NCBI GenBank assembly: GCA_030390025.1
Contig: JASTWF010000353.1
Coordinates: forward strand, 434,001-498,000
Direction of reading: 5' to 3'
Source of the DNA: Squalus acanthias
Lineage: Eukaryota
DNA length: 64,000 nucleotides
Below the pieces are notes generated by a model. It saw only the letters and a program-made list of their open reading frames with translations, did not search any database and was not told where the DNA came from. A program made the translations under genes and the position numbers. This document shows, piece after piece, positions 51,781 through 61,650 of the stretch. The first letter of the stretch is position 1. Every line of letters begins with the position of its first letter.

Positions 51781-53401
51781 TTACACGGTGCTCTCATCGT
51801 GCACGCGCACGTAACGTTCTCGCCACTCTCCCGTGTTTTCATGCTTGGTGAGGCGCTTGTCTCTTTTACAATGTATGAACAATAGGTACACTACAATAAA
51901 CACTTGACAGACGACTAAAATGTGGGAGGCTATTCTGACCCATGAAGGCACTTCAATATTCGTGAACAGATTCCACCACGGTGGAACCACTATGTCCAAA
52001 ATGTCTGTTCCTATCTCGACAGTTTTCTGCTCTAACGTATAAAAATGCTTCTGTGATACCGCGACGGCTTTCAGAAGTTTGGTTAAATGCTCAGGGAGAG
52101 GGGGAATGAGGTATCCAAAATGCGCGACAAATCGCTGCAAGTCGGTGAAATTCTCTTTTACTGTGAGATGAACAGTGGATGGTTCAGGGATTGGGATAAT
52201 TCGCTGTTGCGCTACTTGAACTTCAGCCCTGGGTTTAAAACAGAAACTGCTGTCACTCACCGGACACCGGCTACGGTTTCCATGCTGGTAGTGTTGCGCT
52301 GCAGTGGTAACACAATATGTTCCACCCCCGATGTATGCTACCTGCGGAGGCACATGATCTTGTGCCATTGCCTCCATGGTGCAATTCATGGACTTGGCGC
52401 CAGCCGTTCTGAACCCGCACTGTGGTGTTAAAAAGGCATTCAAGTGCTGGGGGCACAGTATTATGTGTGCTCCCCTGCCACGACAACCAGAGAGATCTGT
52501 ACCTGTCATCGTTTGCTCCCAGCGGATGACGTAAGGTGGAACCGCTGCATAACGAATGTGGGCTCCCCCCTGAATGACACCAATGTTCTCTACCCGATAT
52601 ACCGGGGCGGGCTTTGCTGTGTTGCCCAAAACCGGCATGCGTAATACTATTCCCATAATAGTATGGTTTGAACGTCCGCAGTCCACGGGGACTGGGTAAG
52701 CTTCTGAAGCTAGCCTGAGCTGGCACGGACTTAATGCGTTCTGAAAAGGGTGGAGCGCCCGCAGGTGTTTGTTACTTATCCAGGACGGAACCAAACCTTG
52801 TTTTAAATCCTCCAAATTACTGCGGCCCTCGCCCAGTAACCACGCCCCGTAAAGCACGCACACCTCGTTCTGCGCAGCTTGATCGGATGCATTCCGATCT
52901 TCCCTGATCAGGGCATTTACCGTACGCGCATGTTTCTCCAGCTCTGCTATAATTTCCTTTAAATGGAGAGTCATGGCTTGGTCCTCGTGTAGACCCGACC
53001 CTACCACTTTATTCTCATCTGTCAGAATGTCTTTTAACTGTGTTTTTAAACCATTAATCTGGGTCTGCAGCTCCACACTGTCTAGAGCGTTGACCACAGA
53101 TGTCCCTGTATTAAAAACAGTGAACGCATCGTTCACCAAACCCCTTCTTTGCCTCCCTACTTGATCCAAAACTTCCTGCGGTGCGGTGTACAAACTTGTC
53201 TTATCAATTTCTGCAAAATCAAACTCGTAAAATTGTCTGAACATCTTGGTCAACAGGACCTGATACAACTGTTCCGTCTTTTTGGGGCACCACTCTGGTA
53301 ACCGTACCTCAGTGAGATTTAAAATCACCGAGGCCACCGCGTAATGTACCCCCTGAAATAGTATCTGGTCTGTGGGGACCAGTACCAAACCGTTCCCGGG
53401 T
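51781..53401 (-). CDS. env: env C-terminal part: class I fusion protein, F-like (still open, cut off from its N-terminus)
   Basis: Furin site RQRR|GLVNDAF, heptad repeat LQTQINGLKTQLKDIL, Cys-rich region, second heptad, TM ILVVCQVFIVVYLLFI, short cytoplasmic tail. Confidence 0.88.
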
Positions 53402-55043
53402 TGTAGAATTCGCAATTATCGCGATTTCATTTTAATAAGGAGAGAACACAAGTTTCGTTCAAAAACAGCTTTTATTTCAGCGGAATGCTGTCAGGTTTAA
53501 ATTGGACACAAGCAGCCTGTAAAATGGCCGCCGCACCTCGTGACAGAACATTCTAGACTTTTCAACAGGCAGACAAGATGGCGTTCCATTAAACATTTTT
53601 GCAAGATCGATAACGATTCAGCACAGTGAAAATAATACACGAGACATTATGGGTTTACAGTATAAACATAGATACTGGAATCGGTCTCCCAGGTACAAAG
53701 GAAAGCCATTGTACCAAGTACTTAAGGGCCTATCCAAAGGACATTAATATGTAAACACCCAACGGCTCTACGATGAGAGAGCCGTTAGCAGGTAGTTATA
53801 CAGGACACTTGGAAGCCCCAAACCCCTCCAGGGGGAACACCGACCGATTTAACAATGGGAGAAATATTAGCAGGTACTCAAACATTCAGGAGTAGCCCCG
53901 AAACCCATTAAGGACAGAGATCACCCATACAGGACATTTTGGGCGCCAAACCTTAAACAAAAGAATGGACATTGTAGTTGGGCGGGAAACGGAAGAACTG
54001 TGCACTATAATTGCAGGCCCAAACCGTCCATTCGCTCTCTTGCGCTTGCTCTTTTGCTCTTGACTCTTGCCGCTTGCTGCTGTTATCATCGTGGCTGCTC
54101 CTGTGTTTTATCCGGTCGATTCGTAACCTCGTGGCTGCTCCTGGGTAAAAGACTGTTGCAAAGACCTATGTTGGTAGCTGGCAGCGGAACCGAAGGCCCG
54201 GGATGAGATGAGATGAGATGAGATGAGATGAGAGGAGAAGAGAAGAAGACCTTATCCATCGCCACGGTCAGTAAATCCCGACCGCGCCTGTAGGTCGATC
54301 AGCCAAGTCTTCTCGACAGGAAGTTTTCTTCTTTAACAAGACATATTGCATCAATGATAACTGGACTGTGTAAACACATCGTATCAGCGATATTGACAAC
54401 GGTGCTCCACCATACCCTGTATCCAACCAACAGAGGTCTTCACTACAGCGGACGGTCCAGCCGACTGACCGAGCAGCAGAAGCAGTAAACAAGTGGGACC
54501 AGGAGATCTCCTGACCAACACGTGGGTGCTGCGGTGAAAAACATCCGATCAGCTATTCGGGATTTCTCCGAGTTATTACGAGTGGTGAGCATGAGTCTCG
54601 GGATCCTACGAAGCTAGTTTTAGGATAGTTATTGATAGGGGAGGGTTTAAAGTTTAAGGATATTTGTAATGTGTGCCCTATTTACGTTGTGCTGGTCGTT
54701 CCTCGTTTCCCTAAGAGTGATTATAACTGTTTGTAAGATTGTACTGTCATTAATCTGTGCATATGACATGTATTTCATAATTTTAAGTATCATGCAATAA
54801 AGATTTTCCATTTCGTACCGTTCAAACCAAGTCTACATGAGTTTTATCTCCATTACTGCTCTCGCATCTAAGTCCAGTGTCTAGAACCGTAAGGGAGAGT
54901 GATTCGAACGACTCACAGGGGTGTCTAGTGTTCCCAGACTGGCTGGAGACCAGGCCTAGACCCGCACTGACATACAGGCTGCACAGAGCCGCGTGAACCT
55001 CACAGGCTACGAGACACGCAGGGTCAGGAGAGGATCCCTTACA
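53402..55043 (+). mobile_element. Inverted solo LTR (1642 bp) of the same family inserted in env
   Basis: TGTAG...CCCTTACA; TSD GGGT at 53398-53401 and 55044-55047; reverse complement of 49643-51358 with substitutions and indels. Confidence 0.95.
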
Positions 55044-55790
55044 GGGTCCCTTACTAGTTTTAGGGCACCCTTCTTCCTCAGTTAGAACCACCGGAATCGT
55101 GGGCGGGGCTTTGCGTGGGCGCGTAATGAGCTCAGTGGCATTTACTGGGATCGGGGAGAATGGGGCTCCGCACCCCCTGGTGCTCGCATCCCACCTCATC
55201 CCCTGTCCGTTATCCTGCCACTGATTAATAAAAAATATGGAGATGCCTTTGGGGCAAACGTACTTTGACCCCCACATACATACATAAATCCCCTCATCCG
55301 GTTCCCACCATTTGTCCCAACAGACTTTCACTTGTCCGTCTGTCCCCGTAATTGTCCGATGGGTATTATTACCCAGTCGTTCCCACTCGACCGAAGAGTT
55401 TCTCATAGTTTTGCTCAGCTTTCGCAGCCACCACCATCGGCTCAATGGGACATCCCCACTACAGGTCAAACAAATCCGTTTGCCGACGGTGACGCTGATC
55501 CTGGGTGCGATGATCCGTACTTTGGGGTACATTAAAGAAGTCTCTTTGTAGGCGAACCCCGATGTGCTGGAATACTCCGTTGAGTTCGTTCCCAGCCATC
55601 CTGGCCACCTTCCCTTGTGGAAATAGGTGCTGGTCCCCTCTGCCTTCCGTCTTCCGGTCCCATCCACCGCGATGGGGGCCGTGTCCCCGGAACATCCAAA
55701 CACCACGACATCCTTGGTGTGGCCTCGATAGGCCAATCCACATCCGATTGCCACGAGCAATACTGAAGTCGTTCCATCCTTCCTTGGTTC
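55044..55790 (-). CDS. env: env N-terminal part: signal-like segment, Ig-like domain, Pro/Thr linker
   Basis: VLLVAIGCGLA; VTVGKRICLTC...RWWWLRK...EPDEGIYVCMWG; joins in frame to 53397 (KGP-GNGLVLVP) once the insertion is removed. Confidence 0.85.
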
Positions 55791-56088
55791 CTGTGATCAG
55801 ATAGAATGAGGTAGCCAGCCTCGCAAAAAGTCTCTGGCTTTTGTGAAGGGTGAGCGGGTCCCCTGACCTCGCCTCACGTAAACTTCAACGTTTGCTGAAT
55901 AGACTTCCTCTAAACCTAGCCTTAAAACTCCCATCATTTTATCGTTTTCTGTTAAAACACTACAAACTTAGCCTTATTAAAACTACAAACTTAACCTTGA
56001 ACTATAAACTTAAAACTTAACCTTGAACTATAAACTTAAAACCTTAAACTAATACTTTACAGTGCCGCCCGTTCTCAGGGCGGCCCCT

Positions 56089-59000
56089 TTAAATTCTGAG
56101 AAGGCTGCTGCGAGCTCTTCCCGACGGTGGGAGGGCACTGACCCTTCCCTCTGATCTGCCGCAGCCTGTTGCTGCGCTGACCCTTTCCTCTGATCTGCCG
56201 CAGCCCGTTACTGCTGCGATGTGGCCTGTCTCTACCCGGGTTATCTTAACCTGAATTTTACGCCTTGGGGCAGTCTGGGGACATGACCACATCCTCCTGG
56301 GCTGGGGTTCTCTGCTTGACCTACGGGGAGTTGCTATGGGCGGGGGTTCCGTGACGGACGGTCCGGGTTCCGAGACCTCCAACGGGATGACCTGGGGTTC
56401 CATCACAGTCGCCGGCTCCGCCTCCGCTGACTCCGCCTCCCTAACCTCGGGGCTGGCATTTCGTGGCTCCGCCCTGCTCGGCCCAGCAGGCGGCCCTTCA
56501 CTCGTGATCTCTGCCTCCCCTGAGGACTGGACGTTCAAAGCGGGCGGCCACACCTCTGGGAACCACATTGGTACTCTCTGTGCTCCTATAGCGGCTGGCC
56601 CTGCCTCCTCTAGCTCCTCCCTCCTGTTGTCGGGACCTGCAGCTTGTGTGTCCACCCCGTGTGGATCTCTACCTATCGGCCCCATTCCTCCCAGACCGTT
56701 CCTCAGGAACCACCCGTCATCATCACTATGCTCATCTGCACTATCCTCATCTGACCAGGGTACCCTGGGTTCTTCGTCATCTAACCCCCAACTCCAGAAA
56801 AACGCTGCATGATCGTCCGGGATGTCCCTTCCCCTGATGCAAGCTGCTACGCCTGCCTGTGTGCCTTGTGGTCCTACCTGGGGCTGTGTTTTCCCATTGG
56901 CGGGATTTACCCCTGTAGTTTTCCCCTGCGCACCCGGCTGGTACAGTTTGCATTGGTTTATGTGGAACCACTTAGTGCGCCGAGGTACTTTTACGGCGTA
57001 AACCATGGGACTCGCCTTGTCTACAATGTTGTAGGGTCCCATATACAGTGGTTCCAGACTCCCTACTCTGGCGTAGTTTCTGACCATGACCTGGTCTCCT
57101 ACTTCCCACTCCCGCGTTTTGCGGGGTTCCAGCAACAAGCGATTGCCCTGATGCTGCCTTCCCATGTTCCCAGCCGCCTGCTCATAAACTTGCTTCAGGC
57201 GCTCCAAGAGAGTCTGGGCGAACTTGTCCCTGCTTATCTCTTGAAGCTGACCCTCAGTGAGCACCGGGGCTAGCACATGGGTGGGGGTTCGCATGAGCCT
57301 GCCGGTCATTACCTCGTGCGGGGAGTACCCCGTACTTTTTGACTGACTGGCCCGGACCCCCATGAGGACTAAAGGCAGAACTTCCGCCCATTTTTGGGGC
57401 GAGTTCCTAGTCTCTTTCCTCAATTTCTCCTTCAGGGTCCGGTTCATACGTTCAACAATCCCGGATGACTGGGGATTGTGTGCTACGTGCCACTTCCCTT
57501 CAATGCCCAAAAGCATGAGGGTGTTCTGCATCACCTGGCCGGTGAAATGACTCCCTTGGTCTGACTCCACAAAACGGGGGAGTCCCCATCGCGAGAACAC
57601 TTCCCGGACCAAGATTTTTGCTGTACCCAGTGCCGTAGCTGTTCGACAAGGGAAGGCTTCCACCCACTTGGAAAACACATCTACCAGGACGAGGCAGTAC
57701 TTATAACCTCCCTGGGTGGTGGGCAGGGGTCCTATATAGTCGATCTGTATCGACTGCCATGGTCCCTCTACCCTTCTTACGTGTCCCATGGGCACCTTCC
57801 TTTTCTGGGGGTCTGGGTTGTTTGCAGCGCACACAAGACAGTTTGCACAGAACTCGCGGACTTGTTCCCTGAGCCCTGGCCACCATCCCGCTTGCTCTAC
57901 CCGTTGCCAGGTAACCTCGGGCCCGGGGTGCCCTGCCCCTGGTCCCTCGTGAGCCAACTGGAGGAATTCCCTCCTGTGCTGCTGCGGCACAACCCACTGC
58001 TCCCCGCGGAACAGCATGCCTTCCTTAACTGAGAGGGTTGCCGTACTGTACGGACCTTCTACCTGTCTCCCCTCAGCAATCGTTTTTAGGACTGCTTTTA
58101 GGGCGGGATCCTGGGCTTGGACGGTCTTAAGGTCTAGGGGCAATGCTACCCTGGTGTTCCCGGTATTCCCGTCCCCGCCTCGGACCGCTGCTATGGGTCC
58201 GGTCCTATAGGGGTTCCAGAAAGTGCCGTCGCGGGCACCCTCCCTGGCTAGCGCATCCGCCTGCCGGTTGCCCTCCCCACGGGGCTCTGTGGAGGAGTGA
58301 GCTTTCACCTTATGGATGAAAATCTCTCCTTCCTCCCCTACTGCTGCTGCTAAGATCTTTTCCAGCAAGGGCTTCACCGTTAAAGGTCGCCCGTCCGCGG
58401 AGGTGTATCCGCGGCGGGACCAAATGGCCAGGTATTCCGTACACGAATTGCAGGTGAACATACTGTCCGAGCAAATCGTGTATGGGGTTGGGAAAATGTC
58501 TGGGTGGGTCACCACGTACACCACGGCAGACAGCTCAGCTTGCTGCGCGCTCATGGTGTTAGGGAGCTTGATCGCCAGGGCAAGGTCTGCCGCAGGGTCA
58601 TAAACTCCACACCCTGTGAGTCGCTCGCCAGCAGATACTGTGCTTGACCCATCAACATAAATCTCGCGCCCAGTGGGATGTATCCCGGCCCGTAAACCTA
58701 TGTTGACGTCCCACACCCCTTCCACCGAACACCGGTGGGCTGTACCGGGGTATACCAAATTGGCCGCAAGCCTGGGCTCGCAAAGACCTTTTACTCTAAG
58801 ATCCAACTGGGAGAGAAGAAGGGTCCAACGCGCAATGCGTGCGCTGCTTACGGTCCCGTCTTTAATCCTCCCATCCAGAAGCATCTTAGTTGGTGTGTGA
58901 TGTGTGAGGAGAGTGATGGGAGAGAGCCCTGTGAAGATCGCTGATCTTTTCACAGCCCAATGCGTGGCTAAAAGGTGCCTTTCGCAATTGGAAAAACTTC

Positions 59001-60612
59001 TCTCCACATCCGTTAATACCCTGGATGAATAGACAACCGGCCTCAGCTTGCCGTGACGCTCTTGGAGCAGCACGGCGCTTAAGCTGTCCCCGCTGGCAGC
59101 TACCTCCAGGAAAAACTCCTTCCCCCCATCTATGGCCCCTAAGGCTGGCGCGGTCTGCAGATCCCTTTTTAACTTCTCGAAGGCTGCTTGGCAGCCCTCG
59201 TCCCAAAGCCACTCCACCCCCTTATGGAGGAGTCGGAGGAGCGGCGCCGCTGTGGCCGCATAATCTTCGATAAAATCCCTGCAGTAACCGGTCAGTCCCA
59301 AGAAGGACCTCACACCCCTTACGTTGCTGGGAATCGGTAATTCTTGCACCGACTCCCTCCTTGCTTTGTCTATGGCTCTTTCCCCAGCGCGTAGGGTCAG
59401 TCCCAGGAATTTTACTTCCTGCTGACCGATACGTGCTTTCTTTGGGTTTACTTTAAAACCCTTTCTCGCTAACAGCTCCAATAATTCGTCCAGTAGTGGT
59501 CCGTGCTCCTCCCTTGAGTCCGTAAATAGGAGCAAATCATCCACATACTGTACTATCTGATTGGGCTGACTAAACTCCTTTAAACTTCCTGCCATACACT
59601 GATGAAAAATACTGGGGCTATTGTGGAAACCCTGTGGCAAACAGTTCCACGTGTACTGTTGCCCTTTAAACGTAAAGGCAAACTTGTACTGGTCCTCTCG
59701 CCGCAGCGGGATGGACCAAAAACCGTTCGAGATATCCAGCACCGTGAACGTGGTCGCGGACGCTGGGATGCTCCCTATTAGGTCAGCAACTGCTGCTACT
59801 GTGGGCGCGCAGGCGGGAATGTTACTGTTAAGGACTCTGTAGTCCACCGTGGCTCTCCACGAATTATCCGGCTTCCTAACCGGCCATAATGGGGAGTTCA
59901 CGTGTGTGGCTATCGGCCTCAACACGCCCTGCTGCACCAAGGAAGACATTGCTGTCTCCATATCGGGTTCTGCTTCTTTGGGGAAGTTATACTGCTTTTG
60001 GGGTCGGGTCATGGGGTCCCCATCTACGCTGACCTCAAACCCGACCACCCTCCCACAATCGTGCTTGTGGGTTGCAAACGCGTGCATATTATCTGACACG
60101 TACGTTTGCATGTCCTTTGGGACATCTGCGACCATAAGCCTGAGGTCGTAGCCTCCGGATGGCTGTACGGTACACAGGACCCCTGTTTCTTCCTCCCCTT
60201 GAATTACCATTACCTCGCCTTTTTCACCTTTAGCCCCCCAGAGACAGTGATTTCTGAGGTCCACGAGGATCCCGTGTCCCGCTAGGAGATCGGACCCGAG
60301 AATACCTCTTCCACCCCCCTTTTGCCATGCCATCAGTATACACTTCCACTTAAGGCGAAGTGTTCCTAAACGAATGGATAGCGGGAGGGAAAACGTGCCA
60401 GCCTGTTCTTTCCCTGTGAACCCTGCTAGCGTGAATGGGACCTTGGTAGATAGCGGCGAGTCAAAAGGGTCATCTGTATGGATTATGGTGCAAGAAGCTC
60501 CCGTGTCCAACAAATAACTACCCTTCTGTTTCTCTACCTCCATCTCCACCACAGGTCGCCTCCACGCATCATAGCTGAGCGGACACAGGTAGACGGGCTG
60601 TGCTGGTTCTAG
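56089..60612 (-). CDS. pol: Pol polyprotein: protease, RT, degenerate RNase H, RNase H, integrase, long C-terminal tail
   Basis: LLDTGAS/ILGSD; LDISNGF, LPQGF, YVDD; YVDGS-AELSA-SDS-KAH-GN.ADALA; HHCC, IDYIG-SDQG-ERMN, GPY. Open in frame from the gag stop codon. Confidence 0.97.
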   Translation of the reverse strand, partial: LEPAQPVYLCPLSYDAWRRPVVEMEVEKQKGSYLLDTGASCTIIHTDDPFDSPLSTKVPFTLAGFTGKEQAGTFSLPLSIRLGTLRLKWKCILMAWQKGGGRGILGSDLLAGHGILVDLRNHCLWGAKGEKGEVMVIQGEEETGVLCTVQPSGGYDLRLMVADVPKDMQTYVSDNMHAFATHKHDCGRVVGFEVSVDGDPMTRPQKQYNFPKEAEPDMETAMSSLVQQGVLRPIATHVNSPLWPVRKPDNSWRATVDYRVLNSNIPACAPTVAAVADLIGSIPASATTFTVLDISNGFWSIPLRREDQYKFAFTFKGQQYTWNCLPQGFHNSPSIFHQCMAGSLKEFSQPNQIVQYVDDLLLFTDSREEHGPLLDELLELLARKGFKVNPKKARIGQQEVKFLGLTLRAGERAIDKARRESVQELPIPSNVRGVRSFLGLTGYCRDFIEDYAATAAPLLRLLHKGVEWLWDEGCQAAFEKLKRDLQTAPALGAIDGGKEFFLEVAASGDSLSAVLLQERHGKLRPVVYSSRVLTDVERSFSNCERHLLATHWAVKRSAIFTGLSPITLLTHHTPTKMLLDGRIKDGTVSSARIARWTLLLSQLDLRVKGLCEPRLAANLVYPGTAHRCSVEGVWDVNIGLRAGIHPTGREIYVDGSSTVSAGERLTGCGVYDPAADLALAIKLPNTMSAQQAELSAVVYVVTHPDIFPTPYTICSDSMFTCNSCTEYLAIWSRRGYTSADGRPLTVKPLLEKILAAAVGEEGEIFIHKVKAHSSTEPRGEGNRQADALAREGARDGTFWNPYRTGPIAAVRGGDGNTGNTRVALPLDLKTVQAQDPALKAVLKTIAEGRQVEGPYSTATLSVKEGMLFRGEQWVVPQQHRREFLQLAHEGPGAGHPGPEVTWQRVEQAGWWPGLREQVREFCANCLVCAANNPDPQKRKVPMGHVRRVEGPWQSIQIDYIGPLPTTQGGYKYCLVLVDVFSKWVEAFPCRTATALGTAKILVREVFSRWGLPRFVESDQGSHFTGQVMQNTLMLLGIEGKWHVAHNPQSSGIVERMNRTLKEKLRKETRNSPQKWAEVLPLVLMGVRASQSKSTGYSPHEVMTGRLMRTPTHVLAPVLTEGQLQEISRDKFAQTLLERLKQVYEQAAGNMGRQHQGNRLLLEPRKTREWEVGDQVMVRNYARVGSLEPLYMGPYNIVDKASPMVYAVKVPRRTKWFHINQCKLYQPGAQGKTTGVNPANGKTQPQVGPQGTQAGVAACIRGRDIPDDHAAFFWSWGLDDEEPRVPWSDEDSADEHSDDDGWFLRNGLGGMGPIGRDPHGVDTQAAGPDNRREELEEAGPAAIGAQRVPMWFPEVWPPALNVQSSGEAEITSEGPPAGPSRAEPRNASPEVREAESAEAEPATVMEPQVIPLEVSEPGPSVTEPPPIATPRRSSREPQPRRMWSCPQTAPRRKIQVKITRVETGHIAAVTGCGRSEERVSAATGCGRSEGRVSALPPSGRARSSLLRI

Positions 60613-61650
60613 TCATGGGGCACTATTAGACGGTCCTGCGGCACCTACGGGGCCGGTTGCGACCGCCACCTGTCCACGCGCATTCAAAACCATCTTGCGC
60701 ATGGCTCCTAACACTGCTTCGAGGTCGTCGGGAGAGGTGGGTGCCTTTGCTTCCTTAGGCGGGACAGGCGCCTGGGCTCGGACCGCGGGATTTTTATCCT
60801 TGGAATCCTTCCAAGGGTTCCTGCAGTGCTTGCGCCAGTGCCCTGTCTTCCCACACCCGTAACAGGCATTACTTGCCTGTGGGGCGCGATTACCCTCCTG
60901 ATGCCACTCTCTTTGAGCCGGGGCTGCGGGTCGTACCTCATGTACTCTTCCCTTAAAGGGACGTGTCGTCATACCCCTTATGTTACGGTAACCTAACGTG
61001 AGTCGATTCAAGACCGACTCTTCCGTAAGGTTGAGGTCATTGGGATCGAACCAGGCTTTTGCCTGCTCTCTAACGGCTGGTAAACTGTTGGCTATTATGC
61101 ACCTAAGCCAATGAATTAAAGCGGCGCCTTCCACATCTTCGCGCTCGGGCGCACCTAGACAGCTGCGCTCATATACTGGCCACAGCCTGTCGGCAAAAAC
61201 CTTCGGGGGTTCTCCCTCCATCTGCACTGTCTGTCCCACTCTAGCAAACGGACCTCCGTCGTTCGCCCCCACTACTTCTAGGACCTCATTTTTCAATTCC
61301 TCATAACTTTTGTTTCCCCTCTTGCTCTCGCCTGAGAGACACTGAAGGACCGAGCTGTCTAATGAGAACAGCAGCATTTTTGCTGTCTCCCCATCATCGC
61401 AGCCGTTAATGGCTGCGGCTTGCTCAACTTCCCTGAAATGTACGGAAGGGTCGTCTATCTCGGTCAGCTTCCTTACGTGGTTTATCATGGCTCTCAGCTG
61501 ATGTGAACTGTGAGGCAACACCAGCTGTCCGAGGAGATCCCCCGGTTCTTCCCCACCGTTTCTGCTTGGGCCCCTTTTAATCCCCGTTACTGGATACAAC
61601 GATCCCTTTTCTACTTCCTTCTCAATGGGCTCTTTGTTTCTTCCGTTGCT
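60613..61650 (-). CDS. gag: Gag C-terminal half (capsid-like + CCHC nucleocapsid)
   Basis: CYGCGKTGHWRKHC zinc knuckle; aligns with ORF 2954-3976; lies in the -1 frame relative to the upstream ORF and has no ATG near its start. Confidence 0.88.
   Translation of the reverse strand, partial: SNGRNKEPIEKEVEKGSLYPVTGIKRGPSRNGGEEPGDLLGQLVLPHSSHQLRAMINHVRKLTEIDDPSVHFREVEQAAAINGCDDGETAKMLLFSLDSSVLQCLSGESKRGNKSYEELKNEVLEVVGANDGGPFARVGQTVQMEGEPPKVFADRLWPVYERSCLGAPEREDVEGAALIHWLRCIIANSLPAVREQAKAWFDPNDLNLTEESVLNRLTLGYRNIRGMTTRPFKGRVHEVRPAAPAQREWHQEGNRAPQASNACYGCGKTGHWRKHCRNPWKDSKDKNPAVRAQAPVPPKEAKAPTSPDDLEAVLGAMRKMVLNARGQVAVATGPVGAAGPSNSAP

Noticed and set aside
53402..55043. Auto-integration or a local inversion of element 2's own LTR
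   Set aside because: It has its own TSD and differs by several substitutions and indels, whereas the two host LTRs are near-identical.
56336..60151. Plus-strand ORFs antisense to pol
   Set aside because: Shadow ORFs of a GC-rich coding strand with no recognisable motifs.
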